From: Azolla caroliniana
Lineage: Eukaryota; Plantae; Polypodiophyta
Length of the DNA: 64,000 nucleotides
Assembly (NCBI GenBank): GCA_043228905.1
Contig: JBHGNT010000005.1
Location: forward strand, 9,672,001-9,736,000
Direction: 5' to 3'
Positions 13,287 through 25,419 of this stretch are shown here, piece after piece. Each line of letters starts with the position of its first letter. Within the stretch, counting starts at the first letter, position 1. A model generated the notes under the pieces. The model had not been told where the DNA came from. It searched no databases and was given only the letters and a program-made list of their open reading frames with translations. The translations under genes and the position numbers were made by a program.

Positions 13287-16200
13287 ACGCCTTTATGATG
13301 AAGGTAGCAACAGTACGGGAGCCGGAAACCTTTCCTGAAGCCGCAAAGGACCCATGATGGATCGAAGCAATGAACGAGGAGATGCAGGCACTACGGAAGA
13401 ACGAGACGTGGAATCTCGTTCCCCCCTCACTGCACAAAAAGGCGATCGGATGCAGATGGATCTACAAAGTGAAGTACAACGCCGACGGTTCCGTCAACCG
13501 CTACAAAGTGCGACTCGTAGCGAAAGGCTACACACAAACGCATGGAGTTGACTATGAAGAGACCTTTTCCCCGGTGGCAAAGATGACTACGGTACGGACC
13601 GTAATTGCACTTGCCGCAGCGAAAGGGTGGCACCTCCATCAAATGGACGTCAAGAACGACTTTCTACAAGGCGAATTAGAAGAGGTGTACATGATACAAC
13701 CACCCGGCTTCAACTCGAGCACCCATCCGAAAGCTGTATGCCGACTCAAGAAGCCACTCTACGGCCTCAAGCAAGCACCGCGTGCTTGGCATTCAAAGAT
13801 AATGCAATATCTTCATCAAATCGGCTTCTATATGTCAAAATCGGACAACTCCCTCTACATACCAAGCAATTCCGCAAGTCCGATCGTCATCATTTTATAT
13901 CTGGATGACCTAGTTATTGGAGGAGAGCATCTCGTCGAAATCAATAAAGTCAAATCCCTCCTTTCCGACAAGTTCGAGATGACGGACATGAAGGAGCTCC
14001 ACTACTTCCTCGGCATCGAGGTAATTCAGACTCCGGCCGGAATCATGATCTCTCAACGACACTACATCCTCAACTTGTTATACAAGTTTGGGATAGCTGA
14101 GTGCAAATCCGCGGCAACCCCGCTCGATTGCAACCTCAAACTCGAGGCGAACTCCGGCACCAAAGCGTGTGAGCCGACTTAGTATCGGCAACTCATCGGG
14201 AGTCTCATCTACCTCACGATCACTCGACCCGATCTCAGTTATCCGGTTGGTATGCTTAGCCAATTCATGCAAACACCGCGTGATGCTCACTTGGATTGCG
14301 CTAAGCGAGTTCTAAGATACGTAAGCGGCACAATGGATTGCGGCATCCTCTACAAGACCGCGATGCCAATACAACTTGAGGGGTACACAGACGCCGATTG
14401 GACCGGCTACAAAGTCGATAGAAGATCAACCTCCGGATTTGTTTTCTCCCTCGGCAGTAGAGCAATATCCTGGAGTAGCAAGAAGCAGCCTACCGTCGCT
14501 CTTTCGACTACGGAGGTAGAATACAGGGGCGCAATTGTAGCTGTGTGTGAAGCCGACTGGCTCAAGAGGATTTTGAAGGATCTGGGCGTACTCATCAAGG
14601 ATCTGACTTCCCTTTACTGCGACAACATGAGCAGTATCTATCTGGCTCGGAACCTAGTGTTCCACGCGTGGACAAAGCATATCGAAGTGCACTATCACTT
14701 CATCCGAGAGCCCGTTCTAGCTGGCGATGTCGACCTACAACACATTAGCACCAAACTTCAAACGGTCGACATCTTCACTAAAGCCTTAGAAGCCGACAAG
14801 CTCTGGCAATTCATGACCGATCTCGGATTGACGATCCCTGACCTGCCAAGCTTGAGGGGGAGAACTGAAGACACTATGCATGACGCGTGGATTCCGCAAC
14901 CGCGGAACGAAGCCGCGAAGAACCTGCGATCTACCGCGCAAAGCCGCGAAGAAAGACACAAGCCGAAGCACAGACTTTGCAACTACGCACAATGCAAGCT
15001 AGAGCACGGATTCCACAACTCCGCATAAAAGCGAGTCGACGCGAGTCGATGCGGACTCCGGAACGTGAGTCGAAACGGATTTCGGATACCATCTGAAACC
15101 GACCCGGCTTGAGCTTGAGGGGGCGTGTTGAGAATCAAGCTCAACTTGGTCTAGTGTGTGAACTCACCTTGAGAGTGAATAGACACTCCAATGGTCAAGA
15201 GTCACCATGTAAAAAGTAACGTGCGGAAGCAAGTATGAAGACCAAACAGAAGGAAAAAAACTCAGTTTTAATGGAGAGCTTGACCTTATGTAGTATAAGC
15301 GGGAGAGAAGAGAGAGTGAGAGCGAGAAAACACAAGAACTATATTCAACAAAAGTACTCAATCTCTATTCACCACTCTATACATATGTGTGTTTAATGAA
15401 CACTTTTATACAAGTCCTAGAAGGACTGACCGAAGTATTGACAGTGCTTCAATGCTCATTAAGAGCTCCTACACTAACTCCCAAATATATTCCTCACGGA
15501 ATATCTTTCCTAACGGCCTTCCGATTTACGCACCAATCCGGCCCTATCTACGCACCGGTCTGCGTACCGGTTTACGCATTCGGCCTAACCGATCCGGTCC
15601 TCGGCTTCTTCAGCCGATCCAACCGATGTTGAGCTTGTTTCTCAACACTCCCCCTCAAGCTCAACTTGAGGCTCTTCGGGATCTTCGGGCTCACAGCTCC
15701 GGTTCCTCCTGGCTTCATGCCTCGCTCGCGCTCCACGACCTGTTCAACTCCGCGCACTTCGACCCTTCCGGTCGGCTTGTCTGCTTATGTGGCCCTTATC
15801 AGCTCTTCTACTATTGCGGTGTTGACGCTTCTCCTACTGCCTTTTCTTCCGTTTGGGCCTCGGTTGATTCAGCGTATCTGAATCAAACATCCGAACCGAC
15901 TCGGCTACCTCCGATCGGTTTTCGTTCTCGTCCGAGTTGGCTATCTCCAACTTGTCTTCGGTCTTCTCGCCCTCGATGACGTCATCTTCCCCATGTGTGG
16001 TTGTCTTCGGCTCTCTCCTTCGGATGCTCCCCTTCTGTCCGCTTTCGGACTTTTCCGCGGGTCCGCCCTCGGCTTCTTCAGCCGATCCGAAGTCGAACTC
16101 GACAACCGAGGTAACTGACTCAGTGTCGCGGTCTCCGCTCCTTTCCTGCTCCCTTGCTTGGTCGTTCGAGACTATTCTCCCCCTCAAGTTTGGCACGTCG

Positions 16201-17340
16201 AGGTGATGCAATCCGAGCGCACCTCAGAATTGCCGCAACTTGTCCAAACCAAGAGGCTTGGTGAAGATGTCGGCATTCTGCTGATCCGTCGGAACATACT
16301 GAAGTTCGACTTCACCGGAAAGGACACGCTCACGGACGAAATGGTAGTGCACCTCAATGTGCTTGGTCCGTGCGTGGAAAACAGGGTTTTTCGCGAGCTG
16401 GATGCTGCTGAGCTGGAGGTCCTTAGTGCCGTTAACATACCGAAGTATGCGTTGCGCACACTGAAGGTTCTCCCCGGTAGGTCTCGCCATGAACTGACTG
16501 ATCACTCCGACCGGATAACTGAGGTCGGGTCGGGTGATGGTCAAGTATATGAGGCTTCCGACAATTTGTCGGAACCTTTTCGGGTCGCATACCTTTCCCG
16601 TATCGGGACGAAGCATGACGGTTCTATCTAGAGGAGGTGAGATAGACTTACAGTTCGCCATCCCGAATTTGAAGAGCATACTCAGCACGTAATGACGTTG
16701 GCTGATCAATATGCCTTCGGGGGTACGGATCACTTCGATCCCGAGGAAGTAATGAAGGTCCCCCAGATCCTTCATGTCGAACGATGCCGCAAGTTGGAGC
16801 TTCACGCGGTCGATTTCACCTAGGTCGGTGCCAGTGATGACCAAGTCATCAATGTTAACTCTTCGGGCCGGACAATGGCCTAACACAGGGTGTCTACGGG
16901 AGACACTTCACCAAAGGGTGTTACAGCAACCGGATTAGACTTCAACGCTTACTCCGAGTTAATTAAGTTACTTATTAGGATCGTCTTCCTTAACACGCGT
17001 AAGATATAACAATTAAGATAGAACGACAATTAACACAGAGAGATAACAACGCTTAAGCTTTTATTAATTAACCGCTAACTATTACATTGTATCCAGGCCT
17101 TTAAATTGGTTTCCGGTCTCTATTACAAAACGGTGCCATCCGCACCTATTCGGGATCGGTCTGGATCCGGAACGGCATACCGTTTCCGGTTCGTCCGTCC
17201 ACACTCATAGCTTAATTACAACCACATTCCTACTACTTAATTAGCTCTCCGTTTCCCACTCTGGACTCCTTTGCCGGCCGGTAACACATGGCACGCCCGT
17301 GGGACAGTACCTTGTACGTCAAATCCACAACCGACCCTTG

Positions 17341-19887
17341 CTATTCTTCGTCCAAAATGTCCAGAATGCTTTGTTCGAGAGGCTCCAATGGTTCATCTGG
17401 AAGTGGTTGTTGTTGTTGTTGTTGTTGTTGCTGCTCTGTTGATGTCTGTTGCGGTGGGTTCGTTGGTAGCTGCTGCAGCTGCTCCTCCATTTGTGGCTCT
17501 GACACCAGTGTCTCCGTCGTTGCTCCCTGCGTCGTAGTGGTCTCCGGTTGACTGGTTCCCGGCTGGCCCTCAGCCGGCGACAGTTCCTCATCACTAAGGT
17601 TAACCGTTGCCGCTTCCCGTGCTTTTTCTTCCCGCACCCGGGACCGCTCGTAGCTTTCGAACTGGATTTGAGCGTCCAGCCTATCATCGTCTAGCTGGGC
17701 TACGAGCTGTCTCACCTGCGCCAGTTGTTCATCTGCCAGGACTTGGAAGTCGTCGACCAGCTCGTCCCGTATGGCGGTGAAGTCCTCGGAAGTCAACGTA
17801 TAATAGTCATCTCCTTCCTTCCGCCGGTTTGCCACATCCGCCCGTAGCAACTGGAGTTCCGCCGCGTTTTGTGCCCACTTTGTCCACCATTTTACAGAGC
17901 TTTCATCAATCAAGTGTTTTGTCTGATTCAGCCATGCCCGGAGGATGGACTGAATCCGGCTCATTCCCAATTGCAATTTGGTTTCCGCCGCTTGCCGTTC
18001 CTCCTTCAGTTGTTTGATGATTTTGACGTTGTCCTCCGCATGCGCCTTGTAATGCGTCAATTGCCTTTGATATGTGCTTTGTAATTTCTGCAATACTGTT
18101 GACGCTCTCTCTTTGTCTTCCTGTTGCTGCCTCTGGAGCTCCATCCGGACCTTCTCCGCCTTGTCCAAGCGTCTTGTATTTTCCGCCCGTTAGTCGGCGA
18201 TCGCCGTCGCGGCCCGATCAATTGCCTGTTGGAGCTCGGCCATCCGTTCTTTATGCTCCGTTTCCAGCCGTTTGTAGTCCCGGTGTAGGTGCTCAAAATC
18301 ATCCGTCTTTTGCTTGAGCCGTGCGTTGATCTGACGCCGGGCCCGGTCCTCGCGGTCCTTCTGTTGGCGGAGCTCTTTCTTTAGCTGTTCAATCTCTGTT
18401 TCCGCCGTTTTTCGCAGCTTGTCCTTTTCTTGCAGCACTTTGTCTTTCTCCTCCTTTAGCCGGTCGTACACTTGATGGCCTTTCCGGAGGCTCTCCTCTG
18501 CCCGGCGGAGGTTCTCAACAGTCTTCTTTAATTCGGCTTCGGACCCCGTCTTCAATTCTCGTTCATGGCTCCTTAGCGCTTCTTGTGCGGCAAGTTCCTC
18601 TCTCAATTCCGCAAGCTCCTGAGCTTGCGCCACATCTCTCGCCGGAATGGTTTCCGTTGCCGGGGTCTTATTGCTATGTACAAGTCATTCTGTTTCTTTA
18701 TTCTGTACACTTACCGGAGTCACCGGTGATTGGATCCGTATTTTGGCCATCTCTGTCGTGACCTGATCCAAGTCTTTTTCAAGGCACCGGATTCTGGATC
18801 GGGCCGTCTCTAGTTGTTCGGTTGTGACGAGCAACCGTTCGCTTTGCGCTCTTTCTTCCGCCTCTATATACCCCACTGCTCCGGCTATCTGTTCGCCTAT
18901 CCACCGGAGCCACAGGCTATCGGTGCCTTCTTGTGCTTGCACGGAGATTTGACAGATGGGCTCACTTGTAGAGGGCTGGTCCCGCCTGGTTGCAGTTCCG
19001 TTTCTGCCCGTGGACCATCCTGTTGTCCTGGTTCCCCTTGCGCTTCTTCTTGGCTGACCGAGGGAGGCTGCATTGACCTTTCCAGCTCTGGCGGGATGGG
19101 ACTCGCCGGTGTTGCAGGTGGTGCCGGGGCTTCTGTTTTCGGTTCCTTCCTTGGCGTGGGAGTCTCAGTATGGGGAGCCGGTGTTCCCTCCGTCTGAGGG
19201 TCCGAACGTTTCCCGGCTGTCTCAACGGTCCTTGCCGACGACCGTCGCTGGAGGTGCTCCGTAGGCTCCTCCTCTATTTCCTCCTCCTGAGCTCCGGCAT
19301 TGAGCCGCCAAGGGGTCCGCTTCTCGATTCACCGGTCGGCGGAATGTGACCTTTACGGGCCATGCCGGTGGTTCCTCCTGCGCCTCCGTTGGGCGCTTCC
19401 GGCTACCGCTTCCTACTGCCGCCTGTTCTGCATCCGCCGCCTTTCCCTTAGAGGCCTTAGAGGCCAACAACTGTTGCCGTTTGGAAGCCGTCCTTGGGGT
19501 GCCGTCCGCCACTCTTCCTCACTTCTTGGGCTGGATGGTATCGATTTCCTTGATCACTTTGTCGGCTTCTTTGTGTGGCGGTACTTCCATCATCATCAAG
19601 AAGCCCTCGAGGCCGTGTTGCTTCAGCCATGTCTTGGCGGCTTCCGACAGCGTCTGCGGGTCCATGTCTGTGTCGAGGTCGGATGGCGGTGGCGAGGTTG
19701 GATGGTGATGAAAGTGAGGTTGAGACAAAGAGAGTTCAGAAGGCGGGGGTTCTCTGTGCGCAGGTTCTCGTCTGATGATCTTGCAGCGTCTTGGTGCTTC
19801 TGTGCTCCTGGGTTCGCGAAAGTAGAGGGTCTCTACGCGCAGTGGTTTTTGTCTGTGCATTCTGGCGCCTTTTTCGAGTGTGTGCAT
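17341..19887 (-). pseudogene. Extra ORF downstream of the integrase (about 800+ codons; Pro-rich, then coiled-coil, then poly-Q/acidic tail), degraded
   Basis: Fragments 19519-19887/19222-19512 and 18685-18942/18190-18633/17341-18168 are each in frame across single TGA/TAA stops; heptad E/K/R/L/Q-rich composition. Confidence 0.7.
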
Positions 19888-19927
19888 GTCGCGTACTTAA
19901 AATAGCATTATGTCCTGTGGTGGCGCT

Positions 19928-22900
19928 TTAAATGCCCACTACGTACCTTTTCGCTCCTCGCTCTTTCATCCATTCATTCCTCGCTTTTGCATGATTGTTT
20001 TTTCTTTTTTTTTCCGTTATTATTATTATTAGTGTGACGTCACTTGTCCTTGGTCCTCTCGGACCCTTACCGGCCTCATTCTCTCCGGTTCCCGGCTTGC
20101 CGTCTTGGTGGTTGCCGTCGGTCCTTTGCTCGAACGGGTTCTTAGGCATCGGTCCTCTATATGCCTTTAACCGGAATCCATTGACCCATTTGCCTAGCAC
20201 TTCGCCGGCAAGTGTCCCTAACTGGTTGGACCCATTATACTCCCGTGTTAGCCAATACGGTCCGGTCCATCTAAACCTTAGTTTACTTGGCATCTGGCCC
20301 ATCCGGGTTTGGAATACTAACACCGGTTTGCCGATTGCGAACATTTTTTCGTTACCTTTCCTGTGTCGGTCGACAAATGCTTTCTGTCTGCGTTGCTCCA
20401 ATTCTAAATGTAGGATGCTGGCCAGTCGTTGTTCCTCGAGCTCACACAGCGCTGTCAACCTTATTGCCTCCGACTCCTTCTCGTTCTGCCTTTCCCGTAG
20501 CTGGATCCGTAAGCTAGGTACTTGGAATTCTACCGGCATGACCGCCTCGAGTCCAAACGTCAACCGGAACGGTGTTGTTCGGATGCTCGTTTTGTATGTC
20601 GTCCGGTATGCCCAAAGCGCGCTATGTAGCTTTGTGTCCCAATTCGTCCGGTTCTCGTTGACGATCTTCCGAAGGATATTCTGGAGCGTCTTGTTTGTTG
20701 ATTCCGCTAATCCGCTCGCCTGTGGATAGTAAGGTGTGCTTCGTTTGTGGATCACGGCATAGAATGTCGTCAGGCTTTCCACAACTTGGCCGAGAAAGTG
20801 CCCCCCTTGGTCACTTATCAATTCAATGGGGCATCCGTAAGGGTACCAGATGTACTCATATAGAAACTTTGCCGTTGACGCAGCGGTGTTATCCCGTAAA
20901 GCTTTGGCCTCCACCCATTTCGTGCAGTAATCAGTAGCAACGATAACGTACCGATTACCCGTTCTCATTGCCGGTGGCTTGAATGGTCCTACAAAGTCCA
21001 GCCCCCACTTTTGGAATGGCTCGAGTGGTAGTACCGGCTGGTGTGGCATACGAGCCTGCTCCGTTGGCTGGCCCATTCTCTGGCATAGGTCACATTCTTT
21101 TGCGTACCGTACCGCATCTCTTAATGTCGTTGGTCACCATAGGCCACTTTGCCATATTTTTCTGGCCGTCGCATCTCCGGCATAGTGACCTCCGGCAACT
21201 CCGTAGTGGGCTTCCCTCAGTATCAGTTCCTTTTCATCGCCGCGCACCGCCCGTCTCCATATGCCGTCCGCGCCCTTGTGGTACAGTGTGTCTTGCAGTA
21301 AGCAGAAATGTTGGCTTTGCACCGCCAGGCGTTTCCGTTCGTCCCGGTTCAGCTCTTCCGGAGGCAGTCTTGTGCTTAGAAACTGGTGCATATTTGTGAG
21401 CCACTTGTCTTCCTGGGCCACTGTCTCATCTACTGCCGTCTCCGTAGTGACTCGAAACAGCTCCGCATCCGGAAACTCATCCGGTACTCCGTCACCCGTC
21501 TCTCCGGACTCCAATCGGCTTAAGTAATCCGCTACGGCATGTTGTATACCGGGTCGGTGGAATATTTCAAACTTGAACTCCTGTAACAATAAGGTCCACC
21601 GGGCCAATTTGCCGGTGAGTGACGCCTTGGACACCAGGTAAAGGAGTGCCGAATGATCTACATGGAAGGAAAAATTCCTTCCCAATAAATAGTGCCGAAA
21701 CTTTGTCACACTGTAGATCATTCCTAGAGCTTCCCGTTCCGTAGTAGAGTAGTTCCGTTCTGCTTGGGATAGCTTCCGGCTGGCATAGTACACTGGCCGG
21801 TACCACTTTGGTTCCGTAAGCTGCATCAGTACGCTTCCGATTGCGATGTCGGAGGCGTCCACGAACACGTGAAATTCTTTACTCCAATCCGGAGGTTGTA
21901 CTACCAGTGCCTGCGACAATAGTACCTTGAGGGCCTTATACGCCCTATCCTCAGTGTCAGTCCATTGGAATGGTGTCCGATGTACGGCGGCATGCAACGG
22001 TGTAGCCAGGTCAGCCAAGTATCGGAGCATCCGGCTGTGCCACCGGATCTGGCCTAAGAACCGGCTTAATGCCTTTGCCGTTGCCGGCGTCGGTGCTTCT
22101 AATATGGCTTTCACTTTGTCCGGGTCGACTGCAATACCTTCCTGGCTCACAATATGTCCTAATAAAGTTCCACTGGACACGCCAAATACACACTTTGCCG
22201 GATTCAAGCTTAGCCAGTACGCTCTACACTTTTCTAGACAAAGACGGAGGTGCTGAAAATGGTCCTCCTCCCGGCTATAGACGGCAAAATCGTCCAGGAA
22301 AACCTGCATAAAAGCCGGTATATATTCCCCAAAGATTTCCATGATGATTCGTTGAAATGTTGCCGGTGCCGTTTTGAGACCGAACATCATCACCACGGCC
22401 ACAAACACCCCCCATTCGGTGACAAATGCCGTTTTCTCTTGGTCGTCCCGTTTTCTCTTGGTCGTACCGTTTTCTCTTCGTTCCAACGCTTCCTGCGCTT
22501 GCCGTAACTCCCGGATTGCGTCTTTATTCGGTTTTGCTTCAGCCTCTTCCGGTTGTGGTAAGTATGGTGCTACTGCTTCGGCAATGTCAATTTCGAAGAG
22601 GGTTATGATCTTCGGGTGTTCCTGCAGGTATTGAGCTTCTTCTTCGTCCGCTAACCCTTCTAGCATGTTGACGCATTCCGCATACAACGGTGTACATTCC
22701 TTGCCAGTGCTCGTCCTTGGCTGTGTTGGTACCCGTACCTTGGCTTTTCCTCGCCGGAAGGTAATTATATTTTTTCGCCAATTCTGTTTGATATGTGCCA
22801 TTTTCAACCATGGCCACCCCATCAATAGCGGGTATGCGCCTTGTGCCTGTAATTGTAGCACTACGGCCGAGATGTGAAATGTATGACCGCCTACGGTGAC

Positions 22901-23538
22901 TTCTAATTTCCGTATTAATCCTGTCGGCCGCACTAAGCTTGTATCGGCCATCCGCAACCAGAACGGACACGGCTCCCACTCGTATGACCGCCTACGGTGA
23001 CTTCTAATTTCCGTATTAATCCTGTCGGCCGCACTGAGCTTGTATCGGCCATCCGCAACCAGAACGGACACGGCTCCCACTCGTGGATTCCTAGGTCATC
23101 ACACGTCCGGAGGCTTATTACATTCACCCCAGAGCCTCCGTCTATAACTGTGCCGGGGAGTTCTTTCCCTTTCACAATGGCAATGATTACCGGACTGTTG
23201 GTGTCCACCACCGTTGGTCCCTCCTCCGGATTCGAGAAGAGTACTGGTGCCGGTGATGGTTCTCCTACCGTCATGGACGTCTTCAGTCCTTCCGTGAATC
23301 TTGGCACGAGTTGTAGGAGTCTTCCTAGTGGTAACGTAATCTGGCATTCTTGCAACGCCTGCCATGTATCGTTCTCGGACTGACTACCGCTGGCAAGCCC
23401 TGCGGTGTTCTCCTTTTGCTGCTGTAAGTCTGTGACATTCTGCTCGTTTGCTTTCTTTACCCATTCCGTTGCTTGTTTCCGGATGGTCTCCTGTGCCTCC
23501 CATTCTTTGGCCATGCCCTTCGACCTTGTGGTCACCTG
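19928..23538 (-). pseudogene. Gypsy pol (PR IDGGSGVN; RT FLDD with N-terminal part deleted; RH VDASD; INT WGLDFVGP..SDQGGHF..GPY)
   Basis: Motifs in the ORF track; 101-bp tandem duplication 22881-23082 causes a frameshift; in-frame stop at 21134. Confidence 0.92.
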
Positions 23539-25419
23539 CTACAGGTCTGCCACCTCAAGGACTACCATATTTACCGCCGGTCGTTTTTCATAGCTCTTCA
23601 CCGGGCATTGGTTACTATAATGGCCTTCCTGTCGGCAGTAGTAGCAGTAGGCCTTCCGGGTATTGCTAGATTCGGCATGGTCTGTTGTACCCGGGGCAGG
23701 TCCTACGCCACGCGCGAGGTTTTGTATCGGTTGGCTACTTGGAGCTCCTTGTTCCGGATCCCGGGGGTAGCCGCCTTTTTTAAAATGCCGTTTTTTGTTA
23801 TAGCTCTTCTTATTACGGTACTCTTGACGGGGTTGCCCGTTATATCTGCCGTATTCCTCCCGTTGCTGACGATATCCGGGGGAGTGCTCCCTGTCGTACT
23901 GTTCGTATAGTCTATTGTAATCCTGGTACCGATCATGCCGGTCATAGTTATACTGCCGATCACCGTACCGGACATCATTTTCCCGTCGATCGCCATACCG
24001 GACATCATTTTCCCGTCGCTCGCCATACCGGACATCCTGTGCCGGTCGGTCACGGTCCATTCGCCGCCAACGTTCGTCTTCTTCATCCCGGCTGCTGCGT
24101 GGCTCAATTTGTCGGACGGGCGGTGCTTGCCGATTCAACATATTATACTCGCACCTATCTGTCATATGGCTCTTGGATTGACAGATTACACATTGCGTCC
24201 TCATAGTGCATTCTAGAGCCGAGTGTCCGGAATTCAAGCAGGTTGTGCACTGTATTGCTTGCTGAAACCGGAGGTCTTCATCGGACGGTAACGCCTGTTG
24301 AAGTGCTCCCAGTGTGAGCCAGGAGATTGTCTTTTCCATCTCTCTCACCCGGTCAATGACCTTGTCGATGGTACTTGTGCGGAAGTCGATTACCGTGCAA
24401 ACCGTGCGTAGGGGTTCCCGGAGCGCATTTAGGAATATCGTCCGTAATTCCTCCTCCGGGGGTGTGCGGGCAAGCTGACTATGCATCCGTTGAAACCGGA
24501 TGACAAATTGGGGAATGCTCTCCCCTACCTCTTGCCGGATGGTATAAAATAAGCCTACCATTACGGTATGGTCCACCTCCTTTTGAACAAAATGCAAGAA
24601 TTTAGCTTTTAAATCTGCAAAGGTGTTGATGGTAGACGGGTTCTGCATCCGGCGCCATCTTGTTGCTGGTCCCTCCAATGTGACGCCAAATTCCGCTATC
24701 TTAGAGCGTTCTTCTTCTTCTAGGGTCAATCGCTGGGACACATGGTTGGCTTCCCATGTCTGTTCAAAGGCGTGCACATGAGCTTCCGCATCCGGATCAT
24801 CTCTATACTTGGAGTACTGGAACGGCATGTTGTCGTCCGGTATCGGTGCGCAGGCTGGTAGTGTTGGTGCTCGTTCCGGAATTTTCTCCGATGTCGGTGG
24901 GCTTTCCCGATTTGATTCCGGTGTCGGTTGTTTCTCTTCCTTTGGTGACGGAGGCCTCTCCTCTTCGACTTCCGGTGTCGGAGGTCGTTCTTCCTCTGCT
25001 GGTTCCGGGGGTTCCAGCGTTAGCACTTCCGACTCCGGTTCTGGTGTCGGTAAGGTATCCGATCCTTCGTCCTCCGGTCCGCTCGGGGTTTCGTTGCTGC
25101 TACGGTAGTTCGTGTGCACGCTGTATTCCCCTTCGGAGTCCGATTCATATGCTGAAAAGGACTCTGCTTCGCCTTCTCCGTTTGCCAACGCGTGGAGAAG
25201 GGATTCGGTTTCCCGGAGGCTGCTTAAACTGCTGCCATCGTCTGGGTGCGATGTTTGCTGTAAGCAGAGGGAGTCCTCCGCTACTCTCCGGATTACGTTG
25301 GAAAACGAGTGATCCGCTCTAATTTCCTGCGCCGCTTGCTGGAAAGCCTCGTGTCTCCTTTGCCTTTCGGCAAGGCGTCGAGTTCGATCTGTAACCAGGT
25401 CGTGCGATGATCTAGACAT
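23539..25419 (-). CDS. Gypsy Gag (acidic/Pro-rich N-terminus, capsid, Cys/His motifs, Zn knuckle CYYCRQEGHYSNQC)
   Basis: First ATG after the PBS at 25419; retrotransposon-gag-like LEGPATRW..FL..F..IRQEVGESI; 30-bp tandem repeats encoding DVRYG(E/D)RREN near 23950-24040; TAG stop in frame with the protease. Confidence 0.85.
   Translation of the reverse strand: MSRSSHDLVTDRTRRLAERQRRHEAFQQAAQEIRADHSFSNVIRRVAEDSLCLQQTSHPDDGSSLSSLRETESLLHALANGEGEAESFSAYESDSEGEYSVHTNYRSSNETPSGPEDEGSDTLPTPEPESEVLTLEPPEPAEEERPPTPEVEEERPPSPKEEKQPTPESNRESPPTSEKIPERAPTLPACAPIPDDNMPFQYSKYRDDPDAEAHVHAFEQTWEANHVSQRLTLEEEERSKIAEFGVTLEGPATRWRRMQNPSTINTFADLKAKFLHFVQKEVDHTVMVGLFYTIRQEVGESIPQFVIRFQRMHSQLARTPPEEELRTIFLNALREPLRTVCTVIDFRTSTIDKVIDRVREMEKTISWLTLGALQQALPSDEDLRFQQAIQCTTCLNSGHSALECTMRTQCVICQSKSHMTDRCEYNMLNRQAPPVRQIEPRSSRDEEDERWRRMDRDRPAQDVRYGERRENDVRYGDRRENDVRYGDRQYNYDRHDRYQDYNRLYEQYDREHSPGYRQQREEYGRYNGQPRQEYRNKKSYNKKRHFKKGGYPRDPEQGAPSSQPIQNLARGVGPAPGTTDHAESSNTRKAYCYYCRQEGHYSNQCPVKSYEKRPAVNMVVLEVADL

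Noticed and set aside
23533-23541. Programmed stop read-through between gag and pol (TAG CAG GTG)
   Set aside because: Lacks the UAG-CAR-YYA leaky context; a CAG>TAG deamination like the other stops in this element is simpler.
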